From NCBI GenBank assembly GCA_951406725.2, contig OX597830.1, positions 13,702,001 through 13,766,000 on the forward strand: a stretch of DNA of 64,000 nucleotides. The letters run 5' to 3'. The stretch comes from Octopus vulgaris. Lineage: Eukaryota. The translations under genes were made by a program, and so were the position numbers. Of this stretch, positions 13,049 through 26,741 are shown piece after piece. The notes below the pieces were generated by a model. The model was not told where the DNA came from and searched no databases. It worked only from the letters and a program-made list of their open reading frames with translations. Numbering within the stretch: position 1 is the stretch's first letter; each line of letters opens with the position of its first letter.

Positions 13049-13343
13049 GACAAACTTGAACACCGGAAAAACAAGACGTCACCAGCACTTTAACGAATCA
13101 AAAATCAGATCCGCTCGCGGAAAATATTATAAATACACCGGATTCTAAAACATGCACCTACAAGAGAAAGAGGATAAGAGAAATTGTAAATCAAATCCCT
13201 TTTTTCACTATCTTCATTTCTCCCTTGTTCTTTTCCCCTATTAACTCAGTATGACTGAAGCTTTGATGATATTCATTTCTTCTCGATCGCTACTAACACC
13301 AATGAGCTTTGTACATTCCAATCGATGCACAGCTTTAATATTA

Positions 13344-13494
13344 TTGACTGTTATGAACATTTAAACTTGTCAACATCGAAATTTTTGCACATGTTTTTCT
13401 AATTCATAATTCTAAATTTGTCTGTTATGAAAATTTTTAATTTGTCAGCATTGAAACTTTTAAAGATGTTTTTCTAATTCATAATTCTAAATTT
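13344..13494. repeat. Two-copy tandem duplication, ~75-bp unit
   Basis: CTGTTATGAA...ATGTTTTTCTAATTCATAATTCTAAATTT occurs twice in tandem. Confidence 0.85.
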
Positions 13495-13652
13495 TTACCA
13501 TTGATAAGCAAAAAATATTGTTGAAACTAGTTTGGATATATGTAAATCAATTTATTTTAAACAATTACAAGTTTTTCAAATTTAGGTGCATTTTCAACAA
13601 CAAATATTGGCTTGCACACACAAACACACACACACAAACACACACACACAAG

Positions 13653-13693
<41 letters not shown>

Positions 13694-13828
13694 GTTTATA
13701 TCATATAACTATAAATGTATAATATATATAACTTATATACATAACTTATTGTGTATTGAATGTATATATATAATACATATATGTAGTATACACGCACACA
13801 TACACACACATATATACATATACTTACA

Positions 13829-13865
<37 letters not shown>

Positions 13866-13896
13866 CCACATGTATGTATGCGAGTATATGTATATC

Positions 13897-14108
13897 ATTA
13901 TTCAGTTTATTTCGAGATTTCTTGCCAATAGAGAAAGATCCAAGGCTCCTTCATTGGAATTTCAACATCGTCAGCAGAATATCTTTGTTTGCATGTATAA
14001 ATATGTATGCATGTATGTATGTATGTATGTATGCATGTATGTGCAGATTTGTATCTTTTATGTATGCGTTCTCGTGAATATAGTTGCATATCTAGACAAA
14101 CTCATATA
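13897..14108. repeat. Interspersed repeat of unknown class, copy 2 (internal deletion)
   Basis: Matches 12700-12936. Confidence 0.8.
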
Positions 14109-14451
14109 GAAATGAGTTTTGTAGTTACCTTTTCTTCTACAACTACAACTAGAAAGAATTTGTTTACCTGGTGAGCTGTTGTTTTCGTTCTGTTCCTCGA
14201 TTGTGTTGTTGTTGATGTTGTGTCCCGCCATGTTGTTTGTAGCAACTCTCTGTATGATAAATTGAAGTTTCATTCCGAAATCACTACGATCGTGAATAAA
14301 AGGCTTCCTCAATTAATTCATCTGAAGATTAACCAGTTGTGGTTCCAAAGTTGGAGATAATATTCATCATATTTTTGATAAACTGTCTCCCACGCCAAAT
14401 ACGCGACTGTCGTTTCGAATGAATGATGTATATATGTATGTATGTATGTAA

Positions 14452-14969
14452 GTAACCCAGTACAACCTGTTGCATGGGCGGGTCGTCGGCGACTAAACCG
14501 GCAACCCCACCAAACTTGCTTGGTGAGGAGGGTGCTTATTGGACACCCTACGGGATGAAAAACAAAACCCGTCAACCCGTCAAAGGGCGGAGGAACTCTT
14601 GAGAGTCAACGACCATCCAATAAATGTCTTAAGGCTGTATCTTGCGTGGGGACATAGAAATAATCGGACTGAATACCCGATCGCGCGGTTAAACCATTGG
14701 GAGTGAAGGACTCCTAGCCTTTGTTAGGGCATCCCTCTAGGAGAAGGTAACTCAGGTAACTGGGATAACTCCGACATAAAACCTGCGGCTCAGTGGTTAC
14801 CGATGATGTTGACTTATTCTTCTTTTCGGATTATGGCTGCCGTTGCTTAGTGAGTGGGATTGACTCAGTGCACAGCCTTTCCTCACTTTAAAAAGAATCT
14901 TCTTGCACGATAACAACATTGATTAAGCTTCGTGCAATGGCCATACTCGATAACAAGGGCGCAGCCACC
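14452..14969 (+). mobile_element. Non-coding bipartite RTE-derived element (5' UTR-like body plus LINE 3' tail)
   Basis: GC-rich body with GGCATCCCTCTAGGAGAAGGTAACTC (resembles an RTE 5' UTR motif); the terminal ~45 nt nearly equal the LINE 3' UTR at 12554-12597. Confidence 0.7.
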
Positions 14970-15912
14970 ATGTATATATGAAGTATTAAACGATAGAATC
15001 TTAACTTTCGACGTTGTACTTTAAACAAATGTAAATAACTATTGTTACTTTTTACACAGAAAAACAAAATGGAGATTATTATCCTGACATATTTCGTAGT
15101 CCGTTGACAACTCAGCAAAGAACAAGTACTTTATGATCCTTATGCTGCACCCATTTGTGCCTTTACTGGTGATTGTGTTTACACCGTTCTAAACTATTGC
15201 TCTTGTTTACGTTCTGGCCCGTTATGGTCCGTTATATTTCATTATCTAGTCGTTTAACAATTAGCGCTAGTTTCGAAATGAAACAGCTAAAATCCTTTAA
15301 AACGATGTCCCAGCATGTTTGTTGTTGAATAACGAAAGCCAGTTTAAAAGAAGAGAATCTAGTTTATTTAATTGATTTAAGCAACAGAATGAAAGCTTTT
15401 GAGCAGTGATGATGAATATAGCTAATTCACTAACCTATTACTTATTTGTTTTCTACTGGATTGGCAGAAATAACATGGTATCGAACAAAATGTATTTGTT
15501 TCGGTTTTCTACGTTTTGAATTCAAGTCCTCTGAACAACCTTGCATTTCCTCCCTTCGGGTCAACATGTTAAGGGGCTAGGTATGGAGTGAGTCAATGTT
15601 AGTGACTAGCCTCACTCCACTAAAAAAATTGATGGTGATGTAATTGATTGATGGTGTCTCTAGAGAAGGAGAGAGAATTTTAGGGAGGACCGATATTTCA
15701 TTATCTCATTACGTGGGCTGGCGTGGAATGGGAGAATTCATATTTTATAATGATTAGAATGGCTCTTTAACAAACAACTTTGTTCCTCACAAATTCCCCG
15801 AAAACCGCCGACAAATATTTATAGCAAAAGGGTACTGTTTCTGTTTGCATTAATACTTTTCTCACAAGAATAATCAAGTGACTTGACATCAAGATATATC
15901 ATCTTGTTTTAA

Positions 15913-16132
15913 AAGGCAGCGAGCTGGCAGAATCGATAGCACGCCGGGCGAAATGCGTAGCCGTATTTCGTCTGCCGTTACGTTCTGAGTTCAAATTCCG
16001 CCGAGGTCTACTTTGCCTTTCATCCTTTTGGGATCGATAAATTAAGTACCAGTTACACACTATTGTCTTAATCTGTTTGTCTCTCCTTGTTTGTCCCCTC
16101 TATGTTTAGCCCCTTGTGGGCAATAAAGAAAC
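15913..16132 (+). mobile_element. SINE family A with 21-bp TSD
   Basis: TSD AGATATATCATCTTGTTTTAA at 15892-15912 and 16133-16153. Confidence 0.92.
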
Positions 16133-17119
16133 AGATATATCATCTTGTTTTAATCCCTTAAAGAATTTAAAATGCAGGGACTTCAAACGCATTTCAATTA
16201 AACCGATAACTTACGAATATAAATAAATGTAGACCTTCGTTGGTTTCTTTCCGAACTGTATCATATTCACGTAGGTAACGGAGTAAACAAAAAGTAGTCG
16301 GTGTTAATTCGGAGATGTCCTCTTCGTTAGCTATTATTGTATGACTCTCCTAATCTAAAGTTTATTCTAAATGAAAATAAGGCTAAATTGATCTTGTTGA
16401 GATATAAACACTCAATTATGAGACAACAAATATAATGATATAATGCCTCAATCATTCTCTTGCGTATCTTTACTTCATACGAACATTGATCCAATCGGGG
16501 CGTACTATTTCTATAGTGATCATTGCAGAAATAGGAGACCTTGACTTACGAGCAATCTATTCTATTTTTGTGAGTGAAAATTGAGTTTCCAGGCATACAC
16601 ATATGCACAATTAAATGTAAATACGGTTGTAAACGATTTCAAATATGTAACCATACTTTAATGTTTATACTTATTCTTATAGAAACGTAAGTATACACCT
16701 ATATACACGAAATCATAGGCAAGTTAGAATGTGAGCAAAAGAAAGGAGGAATTGGCCATTTTCCACCTTATTTAGAGAAGGGAAATAATAACATCAATAA
16801 TAAGTAGTATCTGGCCAGCTAAACAGATATAAGAATAGTTGGCTGCCAAATCATAGTTGGCGGTTCCAGATATATCTATGTAACATAATGAGGACAATGT
16901 AATATTACTTGGCAAAATCTTAGAGCGCTGTTATCAAAGACAAGTCTCCATGCCTTCGAGGAAGAGCAATTACCAAGCTAATTGCATTGGCCTGTTTGAT
17001 CCGAAGTGAAGTGACTCTGGCGCTGATGACACCTAAACACTTATTTCAATATTTTGTTTACCTATAAATTTCGCCATTTGCATGACAAAGATAATAGCGA
17101 TAATAGCAACGTGCAGCAG

Positions 17120-17455
17120 GACACACACAGAGACACGCACACACACACACACAGACATACACACACACAGACATACACACACACACACATACAGACACAC
17201 ACACAGAGACACACACAGAGACACACACACAGACACACACACACAAACACACACACACAGACACACACACACATACAGACACACACACACAGACACACAC
17301 ACACACAGACACACAGACACAGACACAGACACAGACATAGACACACACACATACACAGACACACACACACAGACACACACACACAGAGACACACACACAC
17401 AGAGACATACACACACACATACACACACACACACGCACTCATTTAAGCACAAACA
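17120..17455. repeat. (CA)n/(CAGACA)n compound microsatellite
   Basis: Directly visible. Confidence 0.95.
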
Positions 17456-19209
17456 CACATTCATTCAAACACAAACACACCAGCACCAGCAACATCTCAT
17501 AATCGCACTAGATGGCATAGAGAAAAATAGAAGAGTAGAAATGTGACGTAGAACGCTTTTGTGGTGCATACAAATTATGTTTTAACGGAACCTCAATAAC
17601 TGCTCATGACACTCACAAATTATGTTTTAGAACATTTGATATTTGACACAGGCTAAGGTGATTACAATAACCCCCAAAATTAGTGTCCATTGAGGAAAAT
17701 GGAATGACATACAAATAATAATAACACCAGCAACAACAACAATAACAACACTCCCATGATGAAGACGTTGATGATGTTAAAGATGACGAAAATGATGTGG
17801 ATGATAGCTTCCGACTAATTACCTTGTCGTTAACTGGTGATAAAAACAGAAACTGTGTGCCATTATAATGACAGTTAACAAAGAGTGAAACCACTTCACA
17901 AAAGAAAAAAAGAACAAAAAATAACGTTCAAAACAAATAAGTCTTGGCTAATTATTGTGGCAGCGAATGCGATACGAATGAAAATAGTAACCATTGATTT
18001 GTAATGCTGACAAATATCATTATTATTGCTGATGCAAAGATTTGTTGCAATTAGCAGCGGCGAATCATCACTGTTGTTTATCAACAAAGAATGTTGAATA
18101 TTTCTTGAAGCAATTTGCGACCGCCCTTTATTTGGTCAAGTCTACGGCGTGAAGAAAATGCTTTTTTTCTCTCTCTTTTTTTTTTTGTAGATGTTCATAA
18201 AATATCACTAAATGTTCAATATGATAAAGCTTGACCTCTCAAGAAAGATGTCGACATCAAGCTGGGAATGAGAGTGAGATAAAGAGAGAGAGAGAGAGAG
18301 TGGAAGAAAGGGACAACAAACAGTTAAGTGAGAATTCAATGAATTTGCTGACATGTCCGATAAAAGATAAGAAAAAATATTAAAAAAAAGACGGTTATTT
18401 TATTTTAGTTTTTTGTGTGTCAAACAAGATTCTACTTGTAGTGGGTTGGGTGCGGAAGATTAATGGACTCCGTAAGTCACTGTTATTGTCTAGATATAGT
18501 TAATGGATGGCTTTATAATTATAGAATATAAAATTCTAAAAACTATGAAGAGTAATCGTAAAAAAAAGACTCACTGCAAGAGTAGAGTCAAATGTTATTA
18601 ATAATTTTATTGACACTTAGTGTTCAATAATTCCAATCAATAATTTTATTGACCTTAAATGTTATTAATAATTTTACACACTTTGAATATTCGCCGGTAG
18701 TTGGCGTCGTCTGACAGCACCAAGTAATTTCCTTATATCGTTTATATAGCCGGGGTCTTTCAATGTGTCGATGGGAGTGGAGCAATGTAGTAAGAATAAG
18801 TTGTGGTATTTAAAAATAGAAGTTTGGGGTTCAGTAAGCAAAATGAAAAATGGCTTTAGTATGAAAAAATGTACATTAAAGAAAGAGATGGACAAGGAGA
18901 AGAAAAAGAATGAAGAATATGGAAGAAAAGATGAAGGAAACGATGAAGATGCGGAAGAGAGTGGAGAGAGTTAAGTTTGTGAACGCGTTCGGGAAGTAAT
19001 TTAATTTTTTTTTACTAGCGAAGATAATAAGGGAAGCTAAAAAAAGAAGACAAAAAAGGATGGTCAAAGACCAACCTCATTTTAGCTGGGTGTAATGGAG
19101 CTTCAAAATCTTATATGGAATTGGGATTTGGTAAGCGTTCAAGGAGTGGAAGAGGACTTGTTAGTCAGTTTTTAATAATTCCATTTTATATAGGCACAAT
19201 GCAAGACAT

Positions 19210-19337
19210 TTTGGTGGGAGCGACCCCAGTGCTCAACTGGTATTTATTTTATCGACTTCGCTAGAATGAAGAGCAAAGTCGACCTCGGCGGCATTTGAAC
19301 TCAGAACATAAAGACAGTCTGTTAGCTCGCCTCCTTA
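19210..19337 (-). mobile_element. SINE family A, deleted copy
   Basis: Reverse complement of the central domain and head. Confidence 0.75.
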
Positions 19338-19509
19338 AGATCAATTCTTAATGAAAAACATGAAAAGGAAAGGAGAAAAATTATATTTGATGATACAGAA
19401 GAAAAAAAAGGGTAACGACACTCGCGCACTATTTATTAGATGATTAGTGTAGAGTTAAGAAGCAAATTCCGACTCACAGAATTGAAAGTAAGGTTTATAA
19501 AGTAGAAAA

Positions 19510-19850
19510 AATATTTACATTATTTTTTTCAGTCGAGTTTGTTTGTTTGTCTCTGTATCTCAAGAACCGCTGGATGGATTCGGATGAAACTTTCAGAGCT
19601 GTTTGGCCTCGTGACTGGCACAAACTGATTAGATTTTGGGATCGATCCGGTACCAAAGGTACTGGATTATTTTTCCGGTTTTTCAACTTATTCTTAATTT
19701 TTGAGAGCGGTCGGGCTCATTTTTAGTATTCTCGTTCGTGAGGACAGTCGTGTTTATTTCAGATATTCTCATTTTAAAAATCATATCCGGCTAAACGTTG
19801 AGAGGACGTTGGTGTTGTCTTGGCGGATGTTCGCTTTCTCTGAGTGCCCA
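19510..19850 (+). mobile_element. Non-autonomous Helentron/DINE-like element
   Basis: (GTTT)n then TATCTCAAGAACCGCTGGATGGATTCGGATGAAACTTT, and 3' CTTGGCGGA..CGCT..CTCTGAGTGCC, resembling HINE architecture; recognised from pattern memory only. Confidence 0.55.
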
Positions 19851-20311
19851 TAGAAATACAAGTTAACAGAGAACTCCTTCTCTATAGAAAAGAAAGTATC
19901 GAATCATAACTATATACACACCACCGCAAAATACATAGTTGTTTCAACTGCATTAACGAAATTCTTTTTAGTTGCAGTACTTAATAAACTAATAATATCT
20001 TGAAATTCTTGGATTAGAACTTTGGTTTCCATGTTGTAGTTGCGAGATTCAGGACAATTTCTTAGAATGTGCAAAGAACAGACAGAAAATTAATTGATAT
20101 TCACTTCACACTGTTAATAATGTATTTAGAATTCACCTTTTATTTACTGCCATTCCAATTACTTAAATTGATGAAGTGGCAGCGCTGTACACCCATACAC
20201 ACACACATGCGCGCACGCACACACATATATACATACACATACATACGTATATATATATATATATATATAAATATATATATATGTAAAATAATATGTGACA
20301 ATTATTCGGTA

Positions 20312-20381
20312 GCCAAGATAAAACTCTGAGTTTCGGATGCCGAGGTGGAAATCCACAACACCATCTCTTCGGTTATCTGGC
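20312..20381 (-). ncRNA. Hammerhead-like motif, U4C variant, copy 1
   Basis: Stem I (GCC)AGATAA/TTATCT(T)GGC; CCGAAGA; stem II GATG/CATC+C with inner GTGG/CCAC hairpin; GAAA; stem III ACTC-A-GAGT; GUU site. Confidence 0.65.
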
Positions 20382-20450
20382 CTTGAGTAATATATATGTA
20401 ATGTGCACACACTCGGTATATATATATAAAATGCATATGATTATATATAT

Positions 20451-21016
20451 ATTTAAAAAATAGGATAAAATCTTAATAAGAAATTATCAGGTAGTTAGCG
20501 TGAAAAACCTCATAAGAGAAAAAAATCTGTAAATTTTTTTTCACTTGAAAATATTTATTTATAGAAGGCATTATTACTAAAATTTACAGATTTTTTCTTT
20601 TATGAGGTTTTTCACGCTAACTACCTGATTATTTCTTATTAAGATTTTATCCTATTTTTTAAATTTGTTCCGAAGAAGCACGTTTCTTACCAAATTGCAG
20701 TTCGAAAAAGCCCGCCATTTACATAAATATATGAGGGGTGAACATTTTCATATGCTACGATGGAGGCGACGGTTGTCTGTCTGGTTCCGCCTGGTATGTT
20801 GGTTTTGTTCATTCATGATATATTTTGAATTCGTTTCACTGAAGAGCAAGAGACGTAGATAATACGTTAATTGCGAAATCACAGGTCATCTGGAATTAAA
20901 TTCTGTTTTTAAATGTCTTGCTTCGAGAGCTGCATTCGTTACGATTTGTTTATTTTTGGTAGTTATGACTTTAAATACCCTCCTAGCGTGTGGCATTTCT
21001 GTGTAATAATGCCCTC
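20451..21016 (+). mobile_element. pLTR-like element with 5' foldback and a hammerhead motif, inserted in (TA)n
   Basis: Inverted arms 20451-20536/20580-20664; CTGAAGA-GCAA..TTGC-GAAA-TCACAGG-TC at 20839-20887; ATGATTATATATAT on both sides. Confidence 0.7.
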
Positions 21017-21031
21017 TATATAATATAAATG

Positions 21032-21084
<53 letters not shown>

Positions 21085-21186
21085 GTATATAATATATTTG
21101 AATGCATATATATATTCATACATACATACATACATACATACATACATACATACATACATACATACATACATACATGTGTATCGTTG

Positions 21187-21258
21187 GCCAGATAACCGCA
21201 GAGATGGTGTTGTAGATTTCCACCTCGGCATCCGAAACTCAGAGTTTTATATCTTGGC
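21187..21258 (+). ncRNA. Hammerhead-like motif, U4C family, copy 2 (core mutated to CCGCAGA)
   Basis: Inverted copy of 20312-20381; the element continues to ~21355. Confidence 0.5.
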
Positions 21259-21542
21259 TTTTGTATAATTGACACATTATTTTACAGATAAATTTCCTCT
21301 ATTTACATAATATTGAGGTCTCTTTCTTTCTTTTGTTATCTTACCGTTTTTACCAATATATATATATTTAAGTGCTGGGTACGTTCATAGTAGTTCGATA
21401 GAGCAAGTTCACTGTCCATGGCTACCTGGCATCAGCCACGGTAATTACATAATTGTCGCTGGATCTACCGCAGGAATTCCTCAGCGTACGTTTAGTACAA
21501 AATAAATGATAGAGACGGAAAACGGAATACAAGTGAAACTTC

Positions 21543-21646
21543 ATTACTCACAACAATCGTTTCGACACATCCTGCGTCGATCCCTCACGGATGGGAAACT
21601 ATACGGTGCATCCCTTAGTGGAGAGCATCTCGTCAGGTGATGTAAT
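21543..21646 (-). ncRNA. Type I hammerhead ribozyme motif, intact core, large stem II insert
   Basis: Minus strand: ATTAC-A-TCAC / GTGA-GTAAT stem I; CTGACGA; stem II GATGC/GTGTC (two G-U pairs); GAAA; stem III ACGATTGT (near-palindrome); GUU site. Confidence 0.75.
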
Positions 21647-22339
21647 AAGAGATATCTCGTTAAATGAACTCTTTTTCTCTCGGATTTAATACAGCATGTT
21701 GTTAGTGTCCGTAGGTTTAAGCCGGCTTGAATTGAATTTAAAGCCATAAGCATCAACGGTTTCTGTAGGTGCGTTTTCGAGTTACATTTTTCCTACTGAT
21801 TTTCAGTACTCTGGTGTTAATAACGAGATTTGATCCCGTCATTATGAACCACTTATCAGAATGTATAGTTCAGTCACCCATACTTTGTCTTTAACGTTGC
21901 GTCTTATGAATTCACTAGATGGATATAAGCAAAAATCTATGCAGTGTATAATATATCAAAGGTATATTATGAATGTTCATAAATTTGTACAAGAAAAATA
22001 CGCTAGGGTTCATAAATACGAAACTCTAAAGCCGTTGAGTAACATATATGTAATATGCACACACTCGGTATATATATAAAATGCATATGATTATATATAT
22101 ATATATATATGTGTATGAATATATATATATATATATATATTCATACACATATAGATATATATTATATACATACATACGTACATACATACATACATACATA
22201 CATACATACATACATAATACATACATACATACATACATACATACATGCATACATACATACATACATACATACATGCATACATACATGTGTATCGTTGGCG
22301 ATTTTCCTCCTCCATCTTCCCTTCTTTTGGACCTTCCTC

Positions 22340-22376
22340 CATTTCTGAAGAATAGCCTTGCTCGAAACGAAAAATG
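22340..22376 (+). ncRNA. Decayed minimal hammerhead motif
   Basis: CATTT-CTGAAGA-A-TAGC-CTT-GCTC-GAAA-CG-AA-AAATG; two substitutions from a canonical motif with ACGT stem III. Confidence 0.55.
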
Positions 22377-22478
22377 CTGTTTCTTTCCGTCTGATAATAG
22401 CGTACTTGTACCACGTCCTCGCGTTGATGTTTTTTCTTGTTTGTTCTTTTTTGCTTGGATTCACTATATATATGTATT

Positions 22479-22547
<69 letters not shown>

Positions 22548-22699
22548 GAAAAGAATGGAGTTCTGACCTTGGCATGTAACTTCAACCCTGTTTTACTGAC
22601 GCGAATTTGCTACTCAGGTATCGATTAACCGAATTATCCATACTAGGATAATTCATTCACCTACTTAAATATATATATATGTGTGTAGTCCAATAGTCA

Positions 22700-22763
22700 A
22701 GATAAAACTGAGTTTCAGATGCCGAAGTGGAAATCCACAACACTATCTCTTCGGTTATCTGGC
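22700..22763 (-). ncRNA. Hammerhead-like motif, U4C family, copy 3
   Basis: Matches 20312-20381, retains CCGAAGA, and has a 2-nt deletion in stem III. Confidence 0.5.
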
Positions 22764-23064
22764 CATTTGAAAAAACCGCTATGAAAAAATACCGTTATAT
22801 AAAGGGAAATTACTGTTATAATTCTGCTACTTATGTAAAATAAGATTAAAATTTCATAGTAAGCACGTAAACATGGCTAGTCATACGCTCACATGTGCGC
22901 TCGCGGACCCACGTGCGTACTTATACTTATGCGGACATGCCCTTATGCACTCATACACACACACGCCCATATATGTACATACCCGCACATGTCTATATAC
23001 GCATACACACACACGCATATACGAAAAATGAATATACATATGCCCCCACCCAAAAAAACCCTAA

Positions 23065-23140
<76 letters not shown>

Positions 23141-23162
23141 GAAAATATATATACATAAATAA

Positions 23163-23370
23163 AAGGCGAGCTAGCTGAATCGTTACTGCTCCCGGCAGAA
23201 ATGCTGAGCGATACGTCGTCTGCACGTTCTGAGTTCAAATTCCTCTGAGGTCGACTTTGCCTTCTATCCTTTCGAGGTCGATAAAACAAGTATCAATTGA
23301 ACAGTGGGGTCGATGTAATCGATTTTTCCCCAACCCCAAATAACTGGTCTTGTGCCAAAATTTGAAACCA
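23163..23370 (+). mobile_element. SINE family A, older copy
   Basis: Matches the head and central domain. Confidence 0.8.
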
Positions 23371-23963
23371 ACAACACACACACACACACACAAACAGAGA
23401 CACGCGCACACACATAATAGCAAAACTATTGTTAGACCCTCATATGTTCGAAATCGTCGGAAAAATCGAAAGAATAGAACAGAAAAAAAAATATACATAT
23501 GTGTATTTGTGTGTGTGTCATTGAAACATTCTAGATAATTATGCAAATTTAATAAATACATAATTCTATGATTTGTCTCAGTAGTCTATCGTTTTTCATG
23601 TTTCCAAATATTCAATTAATAACCTTTTATTTAAGTGAAATGGTTAAAAAAATAAAGGAATATATTTTTTTATCTCCTGGTAATCCTCGTCTTTTTCTAT
23701 ATCACCGAATAATTTTTCTTTCCTATTTTTTTCCATAAAAAGGCAAAAATGCTCGTTTCATTGATTCACGCCTTCGTATTTACTCAACCTTATTATTTAT
23801 CAAAAAAAAAAAAAAAAAAATGTAACAACCAAAACAAAACAAATCCCAAACTTCCATTTTTGCACCTTCTGTGTATCAATGCTTATACTAACACACACAT
23901 ATATATAGAGAGAAGGACAATAGACATACACATGATTCTGCACATACAGAAACCTATACGTGC

Positions 23964-23994
<31 letters not shown>

Positions 23995-24501
23995 AATATA
24001 TATACACGCATATATATACACACGTATGCACAGTGTATATATATAAATATATACATATACATAAATATATGTATATAATTGGTAGCAATTACAAAAAGCG
24101 TGAATTGCCTATTCAGATTATATCATTTATTTATGTAAAATATAAATATATATAGGGAGAAAAAGTTTTTGACATACAAACATTTTATACAGGTAAAAAA
24201 AAAACCTATTTGTGTGTCTGCATAGACATACATACATACATACATATATATATATTTATCTATATATATGTGTGTGCGTGTGTATATATATAAATAGGCA
24301 TATATATATGTATATATATATAGAGAGAGAGAGAGACAGAAAGAATGGGAGAGAGAAAGAGAGATCATTAAAATGAATATATTCATAATCACATCATGCA
24401 CACATATATACATTTACATGCTTGTGTTTATGTATATACATACTCATACATATAATGAATGTAGATACATAAATCTATAGGTACACAAACATGTATGTGT
24501 A

Positions 24502-24540
<39 letters not shown>

Positions 24541-24720
24541 GTCTGTCTGTCTATCTGTCTATCTATCTGTCTATCTGTATGTATTATATTATATAGAGAT
24601 ATATGTGTGTGGGCAGGTGTGTATGTATGGGTTTTATAATTAAACGACCATACCCTCAAACATACACACACCACATACTCAGACATCTACTGATCGATAT
24701 ATGTACAGATAAGCATGTAG

Positions 24721-24782
<62 letters not shown>

Positions 24783-26221
24783 GTATGTATGTATGTATGT
24801 ATATATATATATATATACACGCAGAGAAATTTAGACAAGACACAATAGAAATATATGTCTTTTAAATTTTAGATGTTAGAATTAAAAGCAGGAATATTAT
24901 TGCTCTTCACACAGACACAGAGAGATATGTACATACATATGTAAAAGTGTGTGGGTTTGTGCATGTAAGCAATTTCCTACTTGCTTCTCTGTGTGTGTGT
25001 GTGTTCTTGCGCATTTCAATTAAAATATGTATACGCACATATACCATTATGTGTAGAGAGTGTGCATGAGCATAAGAAAGAAAGAAAGAAGGCAAGTGAG
25101 AAAGAGAGATAAAGAGAGTAGATACACAAAAAGTGGCGGGTGTATGTGTGTGTGTGTGTGGGGGGGTACAGTCGCGGACAAATGAATATATTAAATAAAC
25201 GTAGACGTAGTTTTGTATGTATAAAATATATAGAAGATAACTTTTTCAGGGGTTGATTTAATTCTATAGAAAATAAAACGAGTTACAGATAGACACGTAC
25301 AAAAAACATAGACACGTCAATACATATATATATATGTATATATATATATACATTCACACACTCACATATATATATATATGTATATGTTTGTGTTTGTGTG
25401 TTTTGAAATATTGCCCCCATATACACACATTGAAGGGTATAGACAACATATGTATATGAAAGAAAAGGCATAAAAAGTGGTATTAGGAGATGGAAAATTT
25501 GATAGAGCGATAAGGGGAATGAATTACTCAAAAAGAGATTTGCATAATAAACAAACCTAATAGATAAGATCGACTGACAATAACAACAGAATAGATATCA
25601 ATTAAAACTCAGTGTCTCACTTTCAGTTGTCCCCGTCCACGATATTACATCTCTAGCATTTTTTCTTGTTTTGTTTTCTAGGACATTGATCGAAAATGTT
25701 TCGCCCTTAATAGTTTGTTTTTAATGTTCATACATTGCCATCAATCTTTCATTTTAATTCTACAGAATGTCTTTTTTGCGTTTATTCTGGCAAAATAAAC
25801 TGATGAATAAATAGTAGAAAAAAAATAACAAAACACAACGAATAATCAACAACAACAACGACAGTAAAAATGCATTAACAACAAAACAAGATTATTATTA
25901 TATTATTATAACAAATATAAGAAATTTAACAACATTATCGTTTTTTCGCGCTTTCTCTCTTTCTATGGCGCATACACACACATATATGAATATGCATATA
26001 TATGTATATAAATATGTAGTTATACACACACACACATACGCACACAGATACATACACACACATTTATATAAAGTACTGAGATAACATGTTTGTGGATAAA
26101 TACCATTCACGTGAGTGCGTTTCATAAATATAAATTTAACCTCACTGTGGGTTAACCACGGGATCTATTTGCACAATGAGACAAAAGTATATTTATTAGA
26201 CTTACATAAGTAAATTTATTG

Positions 26222-26255
<34 letters not shown>

Positions 26256-26353
26256 AATAGATAGATATATAGATAGATATGCATATATATAGGCATATAT
26301 GCACCATATACACATGCCGATATGTAAAGGTATATGTATGTACTTGTGTTATA

Positions 26354-26464
<111 letters not shown>

Positions 26465-26703
26465 TGGGGAACGTCATAGGAATTTACAGAAAAATAGAAA
26501 AAAGGAAAAAACATAATGGACATAAACATGCTCAATCCTTTATTACTGGCCAATCGAATATCATTACATTTTCAACACTTTACGACAATTTTGTTCAGTT
26601 TGGTGATGTCAGCTTGATAAGCTGCTGGATATAGATAAGCAGACACGATTGACGCGCAATGACAGAAAAGTAAACGCGGTAATTACAAAGACAAGGTGTG
26701 CAC

Positions 26704-26737
<34 letters not shown>

Positions 26738-26741
<4 letters not shown>

